Part shown: one piece after another, positions 24,055-38,500 of the stretch | How the letters are laid out: every line of letters starts with the position of its first letter | How positions within the stretch are numbered: position 1 is the stretch's first letter | Source: Epiperipatus broadwayi | Taxonomy: Eukaryota > Animalia > Onychophora | Assembly: GCA_028023455.1 (NCBI GenBank) | Contig: JAQFVV010000011.1 | Location: 4,712,001 to 4,776,000, forward strand | Length of the DNA: 64,000 nt | Reading direction: 5' to 3' | The notes under the pieces: generated by a model | The model's input: only the letters and a program-made list of their open reading frames with translations | What the model was told of the DNA's origin: nothing | The model's database searches: none | Program-made: the position numbers and the translations under genes

Positions 24055-24460
24055 CAATGCTCAGACTATATTAAGGATAGCAATCTTCTCTACCCTCCAA
24101 CTCTTCAGCCATCCAAATCATTGAAAATCTGATGATAGAATATTTAAAGCTTTGTTGATGCTGATATTGTTATTGTACTCATGTTGACTTCAAGTCATTA
24201 TAACTCCTCATATGCAGAATCTGGAAGTCCAGTTAAATACACAGAAGAGGGATGGGCAGATATTGACATCTATCATCAGATTTTCAATGATATGGATAGA
24301 TGAAGAGTTGGAGGATGGTGTAGATTGAACCTGTCCATTGAAGTATGAATATTTGTATTCTTAATATAAACCAAGCACTGACTATATATGTGTGAGGGAG
24401 ATGATGATCCAGATCAACCAATGAGTATTGATTCAGCATGAAATATGTATATGTATTTCT
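23800..24460. mobile_element. HHR-D foldback pair with an internal (CT)n(CA)n(TA)n microsatellite
   Basis: 23870-24135 is inverted relative to 24270-24455. Decayed ribozyme motifs at 23906-23947 (-) and about 24415-24455 (+). Homologous to 54980-55965. Confidence 0.8.
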
Positions 24461-24833
24461 ATTGAATAATGAGAACATACATACACAAATTTGTAAAGCT
24501 AATGGTACATTCACATGCATATACTGTGAAAGGCTTAATCATTTTTTGTTTATATAGTGTAATAGTATAAAAGTGAATTGATCAACTATTACTAGTAAAT
24601 CTGTAATGGAATGAATTTGTATATACTGTTACCAAATATCCGATCGTGTTTGATTACTAATTTTGTAATAGTATAAAATAGCTGTATACTTCAGTTAATA
24701 ATTTTATTATATTCTAATTAAAATACCAAATGGTAATAGCATGAAATATTAGTAAATTAATAATTAAAGAATATAAATGATAAAAGTACTCATACTGTTG
24801 ATTGCCGATTTATTAATTTAATATAACAATATC

Positions 24834-25349
24834 TAGAAGGTAAACAAACCTCCACACCTGTGCCGTTTTTTAAACAAGATGATAACTGTAAGGATAGTCT
24901 CGTCCCAGTAACAAGAAAAAGTATTTAAGGAAATAAAAGAGACCATCATTTATGAGCCAATCTTAAGTGTCCAGAAATAAGAGCATGAATTTATAAATCA
25001 TTCACTCTAAATCGATTTCTTAATTTAATATTCTTATTAGCACTTATGAAATATTAAAATATTACATAATTGAACATTGTCTAATATTGGCACAAAGTAA
25101 ATTTTAGTAATTCATAAGTGTTAATAAAAATATTAAATTAAGAAATGGGTTTGAAGTGAATAATTTATATATTCACACTCTCACTTCTAGACACTTAAGA
25201 TTGGATCATAAATTACCATGTGAGGTCGGAAATAAGACGGTCACTGTTATTTCCTTAAAGATTTTGTCCTGTGGCTGGAGCGAGAGTATCTTTACAGTTA
25301 TCATCGTCTTTTAAAAATGGCACTGGTGTGGAGGTTTGTTTACCTTCTA
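24834..25349. repeat. ~515-bp imperfect palindrome (foldback/MITE-like)
   Basis: Termini TAGAAGGTAAACAAACCTCCACACC / GGTGTGGAGGTTTGTTTACCTTCTA. Complementarity continues to a centre near 25060-25100. Confidence 0.8.
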
Positions 25350-26584
25350 TATAGTAAACACTGCGCTTGTAAAATTTATAGAGTATTACATAATTTAAAA
25401 TAAATAAATATAGTAACTTAACCAATTACTGTTTATTGAGACATTAACTTAACTTTCTGTAATTAGTAAAATGTAAGTAAGAAAACTACTAAAATAAAAT
25501 AACAAACTATTAAGATATATAAAAGTTTATTTATAGTTTGACCAGCTGAATATTTAATATAAAAACAGAATTATGTAGAGACTCTTTAAATTTATACCAA
25601 AGTATAATGCAATCAATAAACTAGGAATAATTATGAGATTCAAGTTTAAACAATAAAAATAATTAATATAAAAAAATATAATAAATAAATAATATATAAA
25701 TTGATGAATGGGTAAAATAATTTTGATTAGAATATTGAATTATCACTTAATTATAAATGATATAAAGATATGTGTTGTTAAAAATTTATAACTTCTGTAT
25801 CTACGAGGTGATGCAAAAGACACACTAATAAACCAGAAAGAAAATATTTATACATATAAGCAATAATAACTAAACCTTTAAAATATATCAAAAAATAACT
25901 AAGTCTGTTTCAGTTTGTTTTTTTTCTTTTTCTTACAGTTATAAATGGAAGATGTCCAATTTAAATACGGATTTTCATTTCCACAAAAGTACCTAAATTA
26001 TACATTATCCTAAAAATGATTCGTTTATATTTATGTTTAAACTATTGCTTCTCAAATGTATAAATAATAAAACAAACAAAAATATACCTTAAAATATATA
26101 AAAATCAAGATTAATATTAAGAAAGATATTTAAATTTTGTTTTATTTATTTATTTATTTATTTATTTATTTTTTTTTTTTTTTGGGGGGGGGGGTTAGTT
26201 TATATTTATGTAATATAGAGAAACATATATATTTTACATTAAACAAATAAATAAGGAGATAAATATATAAAATGAAATTATATGACCTGGTTAACTTTTC
26301 CAAGATTGTTGGATATTCCTATAACAGGTTATTCAGAAGTTCTGAAACTTCTTAATAATCCGTGCATACAGAGTGAAGACACTGCGGGTCATGACAAAAT
26401 TCAATTTGTAATTTATTAAGCAGGCTGCCTTGATAGGTCCCTGTAGATTGTACTTATTATTTGCCCAGGGTTATCAAAAGATGGTTGTTGTACCCAGAAA
26501 AATTACATGTAAAATATTGATAATGTTAAATATGGTAATCACTAGGATTGTTTGTCTATTGGATTATGTATAGGTGAAAAGCCA

Positions 26585-26785
26585 ATAAACATCACATGAC
26601 CACCACTTCTTATGCTTGTTTACAACTGTTTACAATGAAGGTCACAAGCCAGAAACTAGTCTGGGGATGTTGGATGAATAGGCACTAGATGGGGATTTTA
26701 TGCACAAGCCTTCTGGCATCCATTGATTACTCTAGCTTGCTGTGTGTGGCAATATGTATAGTGAGTTTTGCCTGTTTTATAAGTG
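26585..26785. mobile_element. HHR-B copy with inverted head; ribozyme truncated at the junction (about 26636)
   Basis: 26585-26632 matches the family end in reverse orientation. From atgaaggtcacaagccagaaactagtctgggg onward it is forward. Confidence 0.8.
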
Positions 26786-29319
26786 AAAAGCGGAGATAGA
26801 ATAAGTGTAACTTAGACATTATTGTAATCTAATGATATTGACAATTGGCAAAGAGGCACAAATAAAAGTTCTTTTGAAAGAAGATGAAGATCCAAATAGA
26901 CATTATATTTGAAGTTCATCTATATTCCAATGACGTTGTTCAAAAATGGAGTTTTATTCAATTAATGAAGTAAGCATTTTTAAATAATATATTTCATGGT
27001 GAATCCTTATAATATTAATATATCTATTTTCTTATAAATATCAGCAATCTTTAATCCTTTTACAAACTGAATCCTTTGGTAAACTTAATCAACAAGACAT
27101 TTTAATTCGTATTTTTTTAGTTATTTTATGATAAATATATATATATATATTGATTGCTGAGTATGCACCACATTTAGTGGGCCTAATAATATATCATACT
27201 TTGATATAATTTTATTCCAAGATGTTTCTGGATCTCTCAAAAAAAAATGTATTTAGGAGCAAACATTTTTCTTTTATTTAGCCTTCATTATTATAAGCAA
27301 TTCAACTATTAATTTTTATATAAAACACAGGGACTTGACTTTTTAAACTTCTTTACTAATGATGAAATATTGAGATCATTATCTGGATGCTGTTCCTATA
27401 GTTACACTCAAAAACAACTCATTGCTACTATCTCTGTCATAAAGAATCAAAATTTCGCTTGATAAAACGTTTTTCAAATACAGTGGCATTCCTGAATTAA
27501 AAATGTCTTCTAACTTTTAAGTAAATAAAGTACCAATAAAAATAATACAACAAATTTATAAACTTAAAATACGTTTAGAACCATAATTTGAATAAAATAA
27601 ATAAATATTCTTTATACATCTATTTATCTAATATAAAATATTTTATAAATCTTAAAATACTTAGTAAAATAATTACATCAAATAATATTTGAAAATATGT
27701 ATAATTTTGTATTATTTTAATCCTATTCACAATACACATGCACACACATTGGATAACAATTGGCCATTTTGTTTATTTATGTTTATGTATTACTTGTTAA
27801 TGTATGCTGCAAATAAAAAAATTAAGTAAATAAAATATTAAGAAACAAATATCAATACGTATTTTAATGTATTCAATTTTTCTAATAAAAAATATTATAC
27901 AATCTGTTAAGAAAATTAAAATTAAAAAGTCATGAATATTATATCATTTTGTATTATGCTGCATTATCAACAACTATTTATCAATAATACGAATCATGTG
28001 ATCTTTCATAACAATTGAAAATAAATAAACTAACATTTTTTTAAGGAATATGTTAATTTTAGGTTTAATCTAAACTAAGATAGTACATTATATCTAGTGA
28101 AATGTTAGCTCTAATCATTGTGCATAATACAACCATCACAGTATCATATTATATAAAAAAAATTAAATTATTCTGCATTTTAGAAAAAATTTTCTTCAGT
28201 AATTGCTTCCATACTCTGACAATAAGTCGGTTGCCATTAGCAATACTAATATCAGATAAACAAGTATTATATTTACAATAATTATTGGTACTACTCTTGC
28301 ATGTATACTGAAGAGGGATTTGTCAATTTTTTTCATGGAGTACGGCAACTATAATGTATTATGAGTAAATCTTATATTTTTCCAAATTTAACTTAATGAA
28401 ATTATAATGTTTGAAAATTATACCAATAGAATATCATTATTCTGTTGTTAAGACAACATTACATTTATTGCCTAATTGTGATGTTGCCATGACAATTTAT
28501 TCTGTTGATTTGTTTAAACATGAGAATTGTGGTAAAATAATTTACATATAATAATCAGTTAGCTGTTGATATATATATATATATTAACGTATTGCTACTT
28601 AAGATGGTGGAATATGCCAAAGCTGACTATAGCAAAAGATATTAATCTTCAATTTTATATAGGCATTTTTTGAAAATTGTTTTACATATATATTGATGTA
28701 ATTAATTATTTTCTGTATTATAATGTGTATAATAATAAATAGTAATGTTTTTATTATCATTTTTATACTACTACATTTTAAGCTATTTTTGTAATCAATA
28801 TTATCAATTAGAACTTCAATGCAAAACAGCAAAGCAAATTCCCATATTACATGTTTTATAGCTGCAAATAGTCAGCTCATTGCAAATGCCAATATATACT
28901 AAATAAAATATTGCCAGTGAAAATAGCAGTAAGAGGCTGTACAAAATTGTTAACTCATGTCTATGCAAATTACTATTGCATTTCAAATAATTGTGTAGGA
29001 AAACATATGTACAAAATTTTGTTTGTTTGTTTGCAATATAATTCTGAATGCCAACGTCTATTAAATTGTCTTAACTTTTTTTAAAATAATGTATGGTTAG
29101 TACAATATGTAAATGAATTTATTTACATTTTAGAAATAAATAAATCACCAGATGCTATTTGTAATGAGAATGGTGTTTAGATATGTGGTACATCTGACAA
29201 GATTAGATTATAATAAAATCAGCTATAATATAAAAATTCAGTTTTTTGCTGAGAACAAGTGCTGAAATTTATTTTAAGTGAAGTTATATATATATATATA
29301 ATATACAAATCAATATATA

Positions 29320-29500
29320 TATATCAAAATACAGTACAATTTATATAAATTATATTCTTTTAGAAGTACTTTCGACTATACACTTTGTAGTCTTTATCAA
29401 CTATATAACGTTGAATAATCAAAACGAGACAACCCTTAACAATACCCATAGTTCAATTCAGATTTCCCACAATTCTGTTATCTTAACATTTGATGACTGG
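29320..29500 (+). repeat. Single-arm homologue of the 56031-56465 palindrome
   Basis: tagaagtactttcgactata..tttgtagt..ttatcaacta and ttcccacaattctgttatcttaacatttg align with 56110-56230. Confidence 0.6.
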
Positions 29501-31086
29501 CGATTCATTAACATTTGACGATTTCTTGAAATCAACATAGCCTCTTTATATATAGAGAGAGGGATCAAGTTATATAGCTTTATAATAACATAAATGATAA
29601 ATCTCAACTTCAAAGTGATAGCTACTACATTAAAATCTCTTCTGATATTAAAATAATTTGCCTTCAAATAAAAATGAATTCACTTATATCTGACGTCCAA
29701 ACTCTTATTATGAAAATCAGACCAAACAGTGATATTTTAATATGCTGAATGTTAAATTAGAAGAGATGTCAATAATAACTCATTTAAATCAGTTTATAAT
29801 TAAATTGACAATATAGAATTAATTTTTACCTACTGTAATAAACTTTTAAACAAGATATTAAATATGTAAAGACTATATTGCACACAACTGAATAATATAT
29901 AATAATATGGGCAATAAGCCTCATTTTCAAAGCATTAGCTTATTAAACAACTTGCAGTCTTTGTTAGATATTATTTAGTGTGAACGATGTGACTTTCATA
30001 TATTTAATATATGGATGTTTGTTTACAATATTATTAAAATGAGTAGAAAGTAACTCTACCTTTAGAGTTAATCAAATTGCAACTCAAATTACAAATTAAT
30101 TTGCACCTGGCTGCATAGTTACTTCCGCTGATTTAATATTCACCCTGCAAATGTATCATTTTCTGATCTGTTTCCATATAAAATATTGGAAACCACACGG
30201 AAGCAGATTCGATTTTTACCTGTAAGCAGATTATTTTAATAATAGAGGGTATTGCACTAATGTAGCTAGTTCTTTAAAGTTGAGATTTATCATTCATGCT
30301 AGTACTGTGATGGCATGATGATGATTAAACTCTATCACAAAATAGTATTAGTTAGCTTTATAAATATAAACATGTTGCATTAAAAGATTACTTTATTTAT
30401 CTAGAAAGTTGAAAAACAACTTAAGATTGTATTTATTTTTCATCTTGTACAAATATAATTAATAAAAAGAAAGTGGAATTGTAAAAGATTTTTTCTTTTT
30501 AATTACCATTTGATAGTTTTTCTTTTGTGAAAAAATACCCCCCCCCTTATCAAAGCTACAGATTTTGAAAAAAATATTTAATTGGAAAGAAAAGTAATCA
30601 TAAGGAAAAACAGGCTAACAGCAAATTTTTTTTTCAGATGTACTGCTTGCTATAAATTAGATTATAAATCTAAAGTTGAGAGTTCTTTGAGATTTGTTCT
30701 CAGATTATAGCTGAGAGAGCAGCAAGCTTTATTGCTGAAAAAACTTTGGTTGAGAAAGAATTGAAGCTTGGTCCTGAAACTCCAAAAGTCTGGAGTGCAA
30801 TAAATTGCTTTCAGGGGAAAAAACATCATTATTGAATGTATTATGAATTCTTGCTTTGCAAAAATGTTATTTCCTGAAATATCTAAAGAAGGAAATATGG
30901 AATAGAGCCCAGTTACTACACCAGTTCTTTTTTCCTTATTAATATTCCTAATGGAAAAAGTTCCTGTAAAGTGCAAAATATATAATTAATATTTAAAAAA
31001 TTAAGAATGTTGCTAAGTAAATTGATAAAAGAAATGTTCAAATTAAATGGAGTTTAAAAGTAAATATTGGAGACATGTATATATTA

Positions 31087-31193
31087 ATTAATTGCATAGA
31101 TCTTAAAACTTATCTTATATGAAATAAATTCCTAAGAGAATTAATTGTATAGAACTTAAAACTTAGATAATATGGAAATAAATTCCTAAGAGA
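31087..31193 (+). repeat. ~53-bp tandem duplication
   Basis: aattaattg(c/t)ataga(t/a)cttaaaactta...aaataaattcctaagag occurs twice. Confidence 0.8.
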
Positions 31194-34100
31194 AATTTAT
31201 TTGTACGATAAGAAATGCTAAATCTAATTACTCCAGAAAAGATAAGAAATACAAAAGAAGAGAGGGAATATAAAAAATTAGACAAAAAGGTCTATGTGCT
31301 TTTTATGTGGTAGTTGCTACTAACATTGTGTTCATGAGTTGAAGAGCAGTGAAGATCATCGACAGAGAACTTCATTCCCTGGATCTCAGCTCCTGTAGGA
31401 CACCAAGCTGATTTGTGTGTTAATCAGACCATCTTGGTCTTATTATTTTGAAACATCTCAAGAGGCTCATTGAGGGTTGTATTATAAAGACTATAGACAT
31501 TAGTGAAGGTAAAGTGAATAATAGTTTCCCTAAACTGTATAAACATTATTGTTATCCAATAGTTAACTTGTGAATTAGGCCTTACTCAAGTGCAGACTTT
31601 ATATTTATGTTGAAGATCCAAATAGTAACTCTTTAAATTGTTAATGCTAAATATATATGTGTATCTTGCAGTGATGTCTTTTTTATAATGTTTTTATTTT
31701 ACTTTCTGCTACACAATAGCTAATATTGAAACATATACATTTCATCTATTTACCCCTACATCTCTATCTGTGCCAGGTTTAAACCCTTAAAGAGTACTCA
31801 TCTAAAGATGCTAACATGGTTGTATATATGATGTTGCACACATATATGTAAATATAATGTCTGTAATATAATTGATATAGCTATATTGCAGCAGATATTT
31901 TTTCTAAAGTCATATATGTTTTAATTTATCGTTAATTTAAATCTAAGTCAATTTATATTTTATATACTTAAAATCACATGTATAATGTGTAATTCACATA
32001 CAACAGTGACACATATATGGCATCATGTTAGAACATTTCATAAAATTTATGTTTGACTTAAAATAAGTTGTAGACAAGAATCACCCATACGCACCTGTTT
32101 TAGTATAGTGTGAAGAAGTCCAAATTTTGGTTTTGGCAACAATATTTTCTTAAAATTACATTTTTCTTGTAAACAAGATTTAACCAACTGGAACTATTGC
32201 TAAATCTGGGGGGGGGGGATAGAAATGATCAAACTTAGCCCCAAAACATTCTGTTAAAAGATAAATGATTGAAGTTATTTTAATAATAAAAAATATCAAA
32301 GTTCAAAGTTGCTAATGGATTTACTAACAGAATATAATTTGTTTATTAAAATTATGAGTTGATCTCAGCCTAGTATAAATAGGCTGGATTTTATATTATA
32401 AAAATTACACTGTATAATTTAAAAAAGCATCGCTACTATACTCCATGCTGGTTTTAATTTTAATATGTTGGAGTAGGAAATGGTGATCTCTAGTCCCATC
32501 CTACATGCAAAATGGCATATTATCATTAACATGAAGATTGTAAAAGATTTCTGCCAACAGCCTGCTACAAGGAAATCACAACTGAAACCATGCTTCCTAT
32601 CTGGAGATCAATATTTGATATCACCCACCATCCACAAGAGCTGATGGATAAGTTTCTGAGAAGTCAGGTAACAAGTCTTCAAAATACTGCAGAGAGCATT
32701 CAAAATTTAATTCTTTAATTTCTTAACTAAAATAAATATGAAACCTATCACAAATCTTGCCTAAGATTATGTTTGCAAACTTTAAATGTACTTATTCTAA
32801 AATAGAATCTATTTTCTATTCTATACAGCAGTTATGCCTATATTTTTATTTACTTTATTTCTCAAAATTTCATTTTATTATATTTAATTTTATAATTCTT
32901 TAGTGAAGATGTTATAATTCATATCTTCAACTTAATAAACCTAGATTAGGCATATTTAGCTTATTTTGTCCACTGTTTTGAAATCCTATTATATTAAGAA
33001 TAATAGCTAACCACTCGGTGCTTGTTATTATGATATTTTTGATTTAGTTTTATATTAATTAAATATTGATTATGGTTTACACAAATAGAATTATAAATTG
33101 GGTTTAAAAGATTCATCTTATCAAAGTAATAGACTAACCATAAGGATACAGATGGAGGTATATTTTGTAATGTATTATTAATTTAATTCTGCTAAATATA
33201 CCTTTCCTCTCTAATGAAATCTGACTCTAGATGCAGTTTAAGTATCTATTAAACTAGATTAAGCCTAACCCTATTATACTTATATAATGTAATATAGTCA
33301 CTTACATAATCTGGTCTTATGACATACAAAATAATAAGACAATGGCCTACACTCAACTTTTGCACCTTCAATGGTGAAGATCGCTAGGTCACTGAGTCAA
33401 TCTAAAAGTACAGCATGTTTTTATTTTACTTGCCACAACAATTTTTACATAATAGCTAATATATACATATTACATACAAAATCTGGAAATCTTTTATTTG
33501 TTAATCAGACCATGATTAGTTTAAATATACATAATACATTATCAATATATTTTTATCTGGCAAATGCTTTTAACATTCTTGTGTTTTAATTGTAAATTAG
33601 ATTTTAGCATTGTGTGAACTTCTTATAATCAATCCATAATGCATTGGTCAAGCTCATTCCTTGCCAAATATAAAAACAATTCAACTGTTGGTAAAAAAAT
33701 TGAAAGTCAACAGAAATTCCATACAATATAAAAAAAAAGTTTAAATACTTTGTTCTTTTTTTTTTTGTTTAACAAAATAGTTGAGATTTTTTTTTTTATG
33801 TTTTGCAAAATAGCTTATATACACTAATGTACTTATTATCCTTACTGCACTATTGTACGTGCAACTTGTTGGATTGATTTTGCGAGGTTGAATATGTACA
33901 TATTTTAGTGAATTTTTTAAAATGAATTTTAATTAAAGCTTTTGAAAGTTTTAGTGAATTTTTCTATGGAAGCACTCATTCCATTCAGTACATGGACACT
34001 TTGTGTCTGTTGTGTTATATTGTATATTTTGTTTGCTGGTCACCTGGTCATAGTTGGGGGCACAGCATACTAAATCCTGGTGCCTTCTGTTTATAGTTTT

Positions 34101-35254
34101 TACACCTGAAAAGTATGTTAGAAGTTTGCAAAATGTTTCAAATTTTCTTTAAAGAAAAAAAAAAGAAAGAAAGATATCAACAAATTAAAAAAAAACCAAT
34201 TTCCTATTAGAGCTAAAAGAACTTAACTCCAGATATTTCATTGTATAAAATCAAATTGTATTATGATGGGGAAAGAAAACTACATGCACTCCTGGAAAGT
34301 AAAGTTGTTGTTTTTTAATTTTATTATATTTTAAGCCTATCTAATATATGATATTGCTTGTATATATCTATTAATACAATTTATAAATTAGTTGATATGT
34401 ATATGTATTTATGTGTGTGGGATAATATATTTTAAATCTACCAAATTTATGACATTATTTTTTTATTGTAAATGCAATTGATAAGTAATCACACATACTT
34501 ATGTCCGTGTGTGTTAATTATTTCATATTCTTGCATAAAAATATTTTTTAATCTTTTGAAAAATCTATATTTTTATAGGTACTTATGTAGTTTGCCTTCT
34601 GGAAAGCTTGGCATCTATTTTATTTTAAATTATTCATTTTCAGAGGGTTCCAACATGTGGTATAAACAATGTGACTGACTCTATGTTATTGTATCCAATA
34701 TTTATGTTCTTTTTATTTATTAAAATTTTAAAGAAACACAAAAGTCCAAAGGGTTGTAATTAAAAACTTTTTAAATGTAATAAAGAAAATAAAAATAAAA
34801 CATGATTAATAAAACTATAACAAAGATGCAGACAGACATCACTTTTACTATTGTATAATTTTGAAAATATTCCACCAAAACATACAAAATTCCAAAGGGT
34901 TGTAATTAAAAAAATTTTAAATGTAAATTCACTACACCAGCTGTAAACTAATCTCAGTGCATTTACAAACAATGTTTTGGAGTCTTTTAACCGTGTTCCT
35001 TTCCAAACAGACATGCACTTACAATATGTTCATACATGACACTGCCATTGTATCTCTATTTGCACATAAAATGTAATATCATGGTCACTATCATGTACTT
35101 TTAAGGTAGGTACTATCCTGTAATTTTGAAAATATTCCACTGCATTTTGTTCTGTCGATGAAAGATTCCAAATTTTAATCATATTTTCAATAATGAGAAG
35201 ACAAAAAAAATAGATTGGCATGTGTTAATGAATGTCAACAAAAAAATAATGTTA

Positions 35255-35513
35255 TTAAACAGGCAAAACTCTCCATACAGTAGATGCAGTGCTCTCAGAT
35301 CCAAGGCTCCTCACTGATGAAGGCCACAAGCCAGAAACTAGTCTGGGGATATTGGATGAGTAGGCACTAGATAGGGATTTTATGCACAAGCCTTCTGGCA
35401 TCCATTGATTACTCTGGCTTGCACTGAGTGGCACTATTGTATGGAGAGTTTTGCCTGTTTAATAAGTTATGAGCAAGCATAAAAAAGGTGATCATGTGCT
35501 GTTCAGTGGTTTA
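35255..35513 (+). mobile_element. HHR-B copy with short inverted head and 14-bp TSD
   Basis: 35258-35282 (aaacaggcaaaactctccatacagt) is complementary to about 35435-35460. AAAAAATAATGTTA is duplicated at 35241-35254 and 35514-35527. Confidence 0.87.
35308..35349 (+). ncRNA. Minimal type I hammerhead ribozyme (HHR-B, best-preserved copy)
   Basis: TCCTCA-CTGATGA-A-GGC CACAA GCC-A-GAAA-CTAG-TC-TGGGGA. ACTAGT palindrome in stem III. Predicted cleavage after C35343. Confidence 0.78.
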
Positions 35514-38500
35514 AAAAAATAATGTTAATTTTAATCATGTATTATTTGTTTTCCTCATGTTAAAAACATTTGGATGTTATGTTGTGTGAATGGAATTTAT
35601 TAAAAAATGTATTCGATTTTTTTAAAATTAACATGTATTGCTTGTTAACTTTAAAAAATATTAACAAACATATTCTAAATTGAATGTTAATCTAAAAAAT
35701 TCAAATACATTTTTTAATAAATTTCATTCACAACATAACATCCAAATGATAACATGAGGTGAATAGAAAACAAGTAGTTAAAATTAACATTATTTTTTGT
35801 TGATATTTATTAACATGTGCTGATTTTTTTAACACTTCTTTTTTTGCCTTATTATTTTTGTAAATATGATTAAAATTTGGAATCTTTCACTGTCAGAATA
35901 AGATGCAGTCAAATATTTTTAAAATTACAGGATAGTGCTTGCCTGAAAAGTATGTGATAATGGCCATAATATTGTTTTATGTGCAAACAGAGATGCAATG
36001 GTGTTTTCATGTGCAAACATGTTCTAAGTCCATATCTGTTTGGAAAGGAACATGGTTAAAAAGCTACAAAACATAATTTGTAAATACACTGAAATTAGTT
36101 TACAGCTGGTGTAGTGAATTTACATTAAAATTTTTTTTTAATTATAACCCTTTGGAATTTTGTATGTTTCATTGGAATATTTCCAAAATTATGGGATAGA
36201 CTGGCCATATCTTTGTTTTAGTTTGTTTAATCATGTTTTATTTTTATTTTCTTTATTGCATTTGCATTTAAAAGGTTTTTAATTACAATCCTTTGGTTGT
36301 TTGTGTTTCTTTATCATTTAAATAAATTTAAAAAATGTAAATATTGACATATGATAACTTAGAGTCAACCATATTATTTATATTATGTATTGGAAGCCAT
36401 GAAAATGGATAATTTAATATAAAATGGATGGTAAGCTTTCTGGCAGGCAAACTACATATTGTGTAATTTTTTTTAAATATGTGTATATATAATTATATAT
36501 CTATTTGTAACTTGAAGAATAGGGGGGAGGAGGTTTTCATTATATTGTAAGATTATAATTCTACAATGTGTCATTTAACTTTTAAATTGTGGGTTTTATT
36601 TAATTTATTTATTTGATATAATTAATTACTAAGCATTTGGTGTTCAATTTATCCATTCATCTCCCTCCACAGTAAATATAACTTATAAATTTTGTTTTGT
36701 ATATTTTTGTACTGTATATCACTCATCTTGAGTTTGAACCTGGGATATGCTGTATGGAACTGAAGATGGATGTCTCTATAAAAACCTATTTAAAGTAATC
36801 TTTCTTTTGATGAATGGAGAAAGTGGTATGTGGAGTCTATGTGACTCAGGCTTTAGAAAGATACTTTATTGATTGCAAGTTTTGCTGATCCTTATAGGGA
36901 TTGATATCAAAAAGGTGAGCATGAAATTTATAACTAATGAATATTAGTTTGATCCCCTTTTCAGTAATATTGACTTTTATGTTCAGAGTGTCTTCTTTTA
37001 ATGGCTTCAAATAATGCTATATGTGAATGTGTCATTAAATTGATTTGTGTTCTCCACATATGAGGCCTGTAGTAGTGATTTTAAGTAAATTAATTGTAGA
37101 TTTCACTGTTTGGAAAAATTTGTCACCCTGTGCAAGTCTGAAATTAGTGTTGGAAAGTTGCAAGTTTGGATCAAATAGTGAGATAATTGGGACAAGTTCC
37201 CTGTACAATATATATATATATAATGGAATCCAGGGTGAATTTGGGGTGATGGTAAATCCTGAGGTGATGGAAAAATCATCATCAACCCCAGTTCAAAAAG
37301 ATTTTTCAAATAATGATTTAATATAAAAATATAAGTAAGATAAGATATTATAAGAGTGACTGAGATCAGAAAAAAATCTCTGTGAGATCAGTCAGCTACT
37401 CTTTAGAGCAACCATAAGTATCATTAAATTCATCAGCATTATAATAAGTAAAAATAAGTAATAATGAAAAGAAATAATCAAAATACATCAATACAATAAA
37501 TCAACAGTCAATATGGTGCCTGGATTTGAACAATAAAAAATATAAATCAACAGTCACTCTTGTGACTGGATTGGAAATGAGTCTTCTGTAGTTCAGGCTA
37601 ACTATTGAGCCTTTGCCAGGTTGGGCAATTATTTAAACATAACTTTGGATGCATCACTTACATGCTAATTCATCAGAATACATCATAATCAAAAACAATA
37701 ATGCTGGGACATTAAGATCAGTGCTCTGGCCACTTAGTACCATTAATGTACTGGCCAACTATAAACTTAACTTCTAATAAGATTAAACTAAAATAAAATA
37801 TAGTGCATGGGCTTTAAAGTGTATTCTAATTTGCACCAACCAGGATGATGATTGATCATCACTGGATGCCCAAAAGCATTAATATACTTCCTCATTTATA
37901 TATAAGCCATTATACATGAATCTAGCTCAGAAGAACACAAGCTCTATTACTGTATGTGACCAAGAGATGATGGAAACAGATATTCTAAAAATATTTAGAA
38001 CCACTGGAATAATTTTCATAATTGAACACAAGTTTATTAACAATAAAAAAATGATATTAAGGTCTATAGAATATTGCTGTACATATTAAAGCCTTCTGAT
38101 TTTGATTAACATATAATAAAAAATTATCACATTAATAATTTACATATATGTGATTTACAAAGTTCAAATTATTACATTGATTTACATATATGTTGCAATA
38201 GGTTTATTTAAAACCAGACAGCACACAGACATGTGGCTTAGTATAAAATGAACATGTTTGAATTTATCAAAATAATAAAATTATTAAAAATATATTTCAT
38301 AATAAATTCCATTTGAAAACTATACATAAAATTCACATATACATGTGTGTCTGTGAACATATAGATAATATGAATTAATATTATTAATTAGACTCTTTTT
38401 TCAGTCAATAAAAGTATTTTCTTTTTCCTTCCTCTTTTTTTTAAAAAATAAAGTCAACTTTTTTTTGACAGGTAACTCAAAAGTTTTTTTTTATGGCAGG

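Larger units (their letters stand above)
34584..36458. repeat. Large diverged palindrome (~800-bp arms, centre about 35660) with an HHR-B insertion in the left arm
   Basis: 34584-35254 plus 35514-35645 align in reverse complement to about 35675-36458, e.g. atgtagtttgcc / ggcaaactacat and cactacaccagctgtaaactaat / attagtttacagctggtgtagtg. Confidence 0.85.

Noticed and set aside
24127-24150. CTGATGATAGAAT within HHR-D units (also 55265 and 55630) as a second ribozyme
   Set aside because: No stem II plus GAAA in any copy.
26447-26512. IVLIICPGLSKDGCCTQKNYM* after ctgtag as chordin-like exon 2
   Set aside because: Phase fits and it has a CC, but it lacks the other VWC cysteines and ends in a stop with no donor.
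32530-32718. 62-codon open frame (DCKRFLPTACYKEIT...)
   Set aside because: No acceptor site or recognisable homology; frames of this length occur by chance here.
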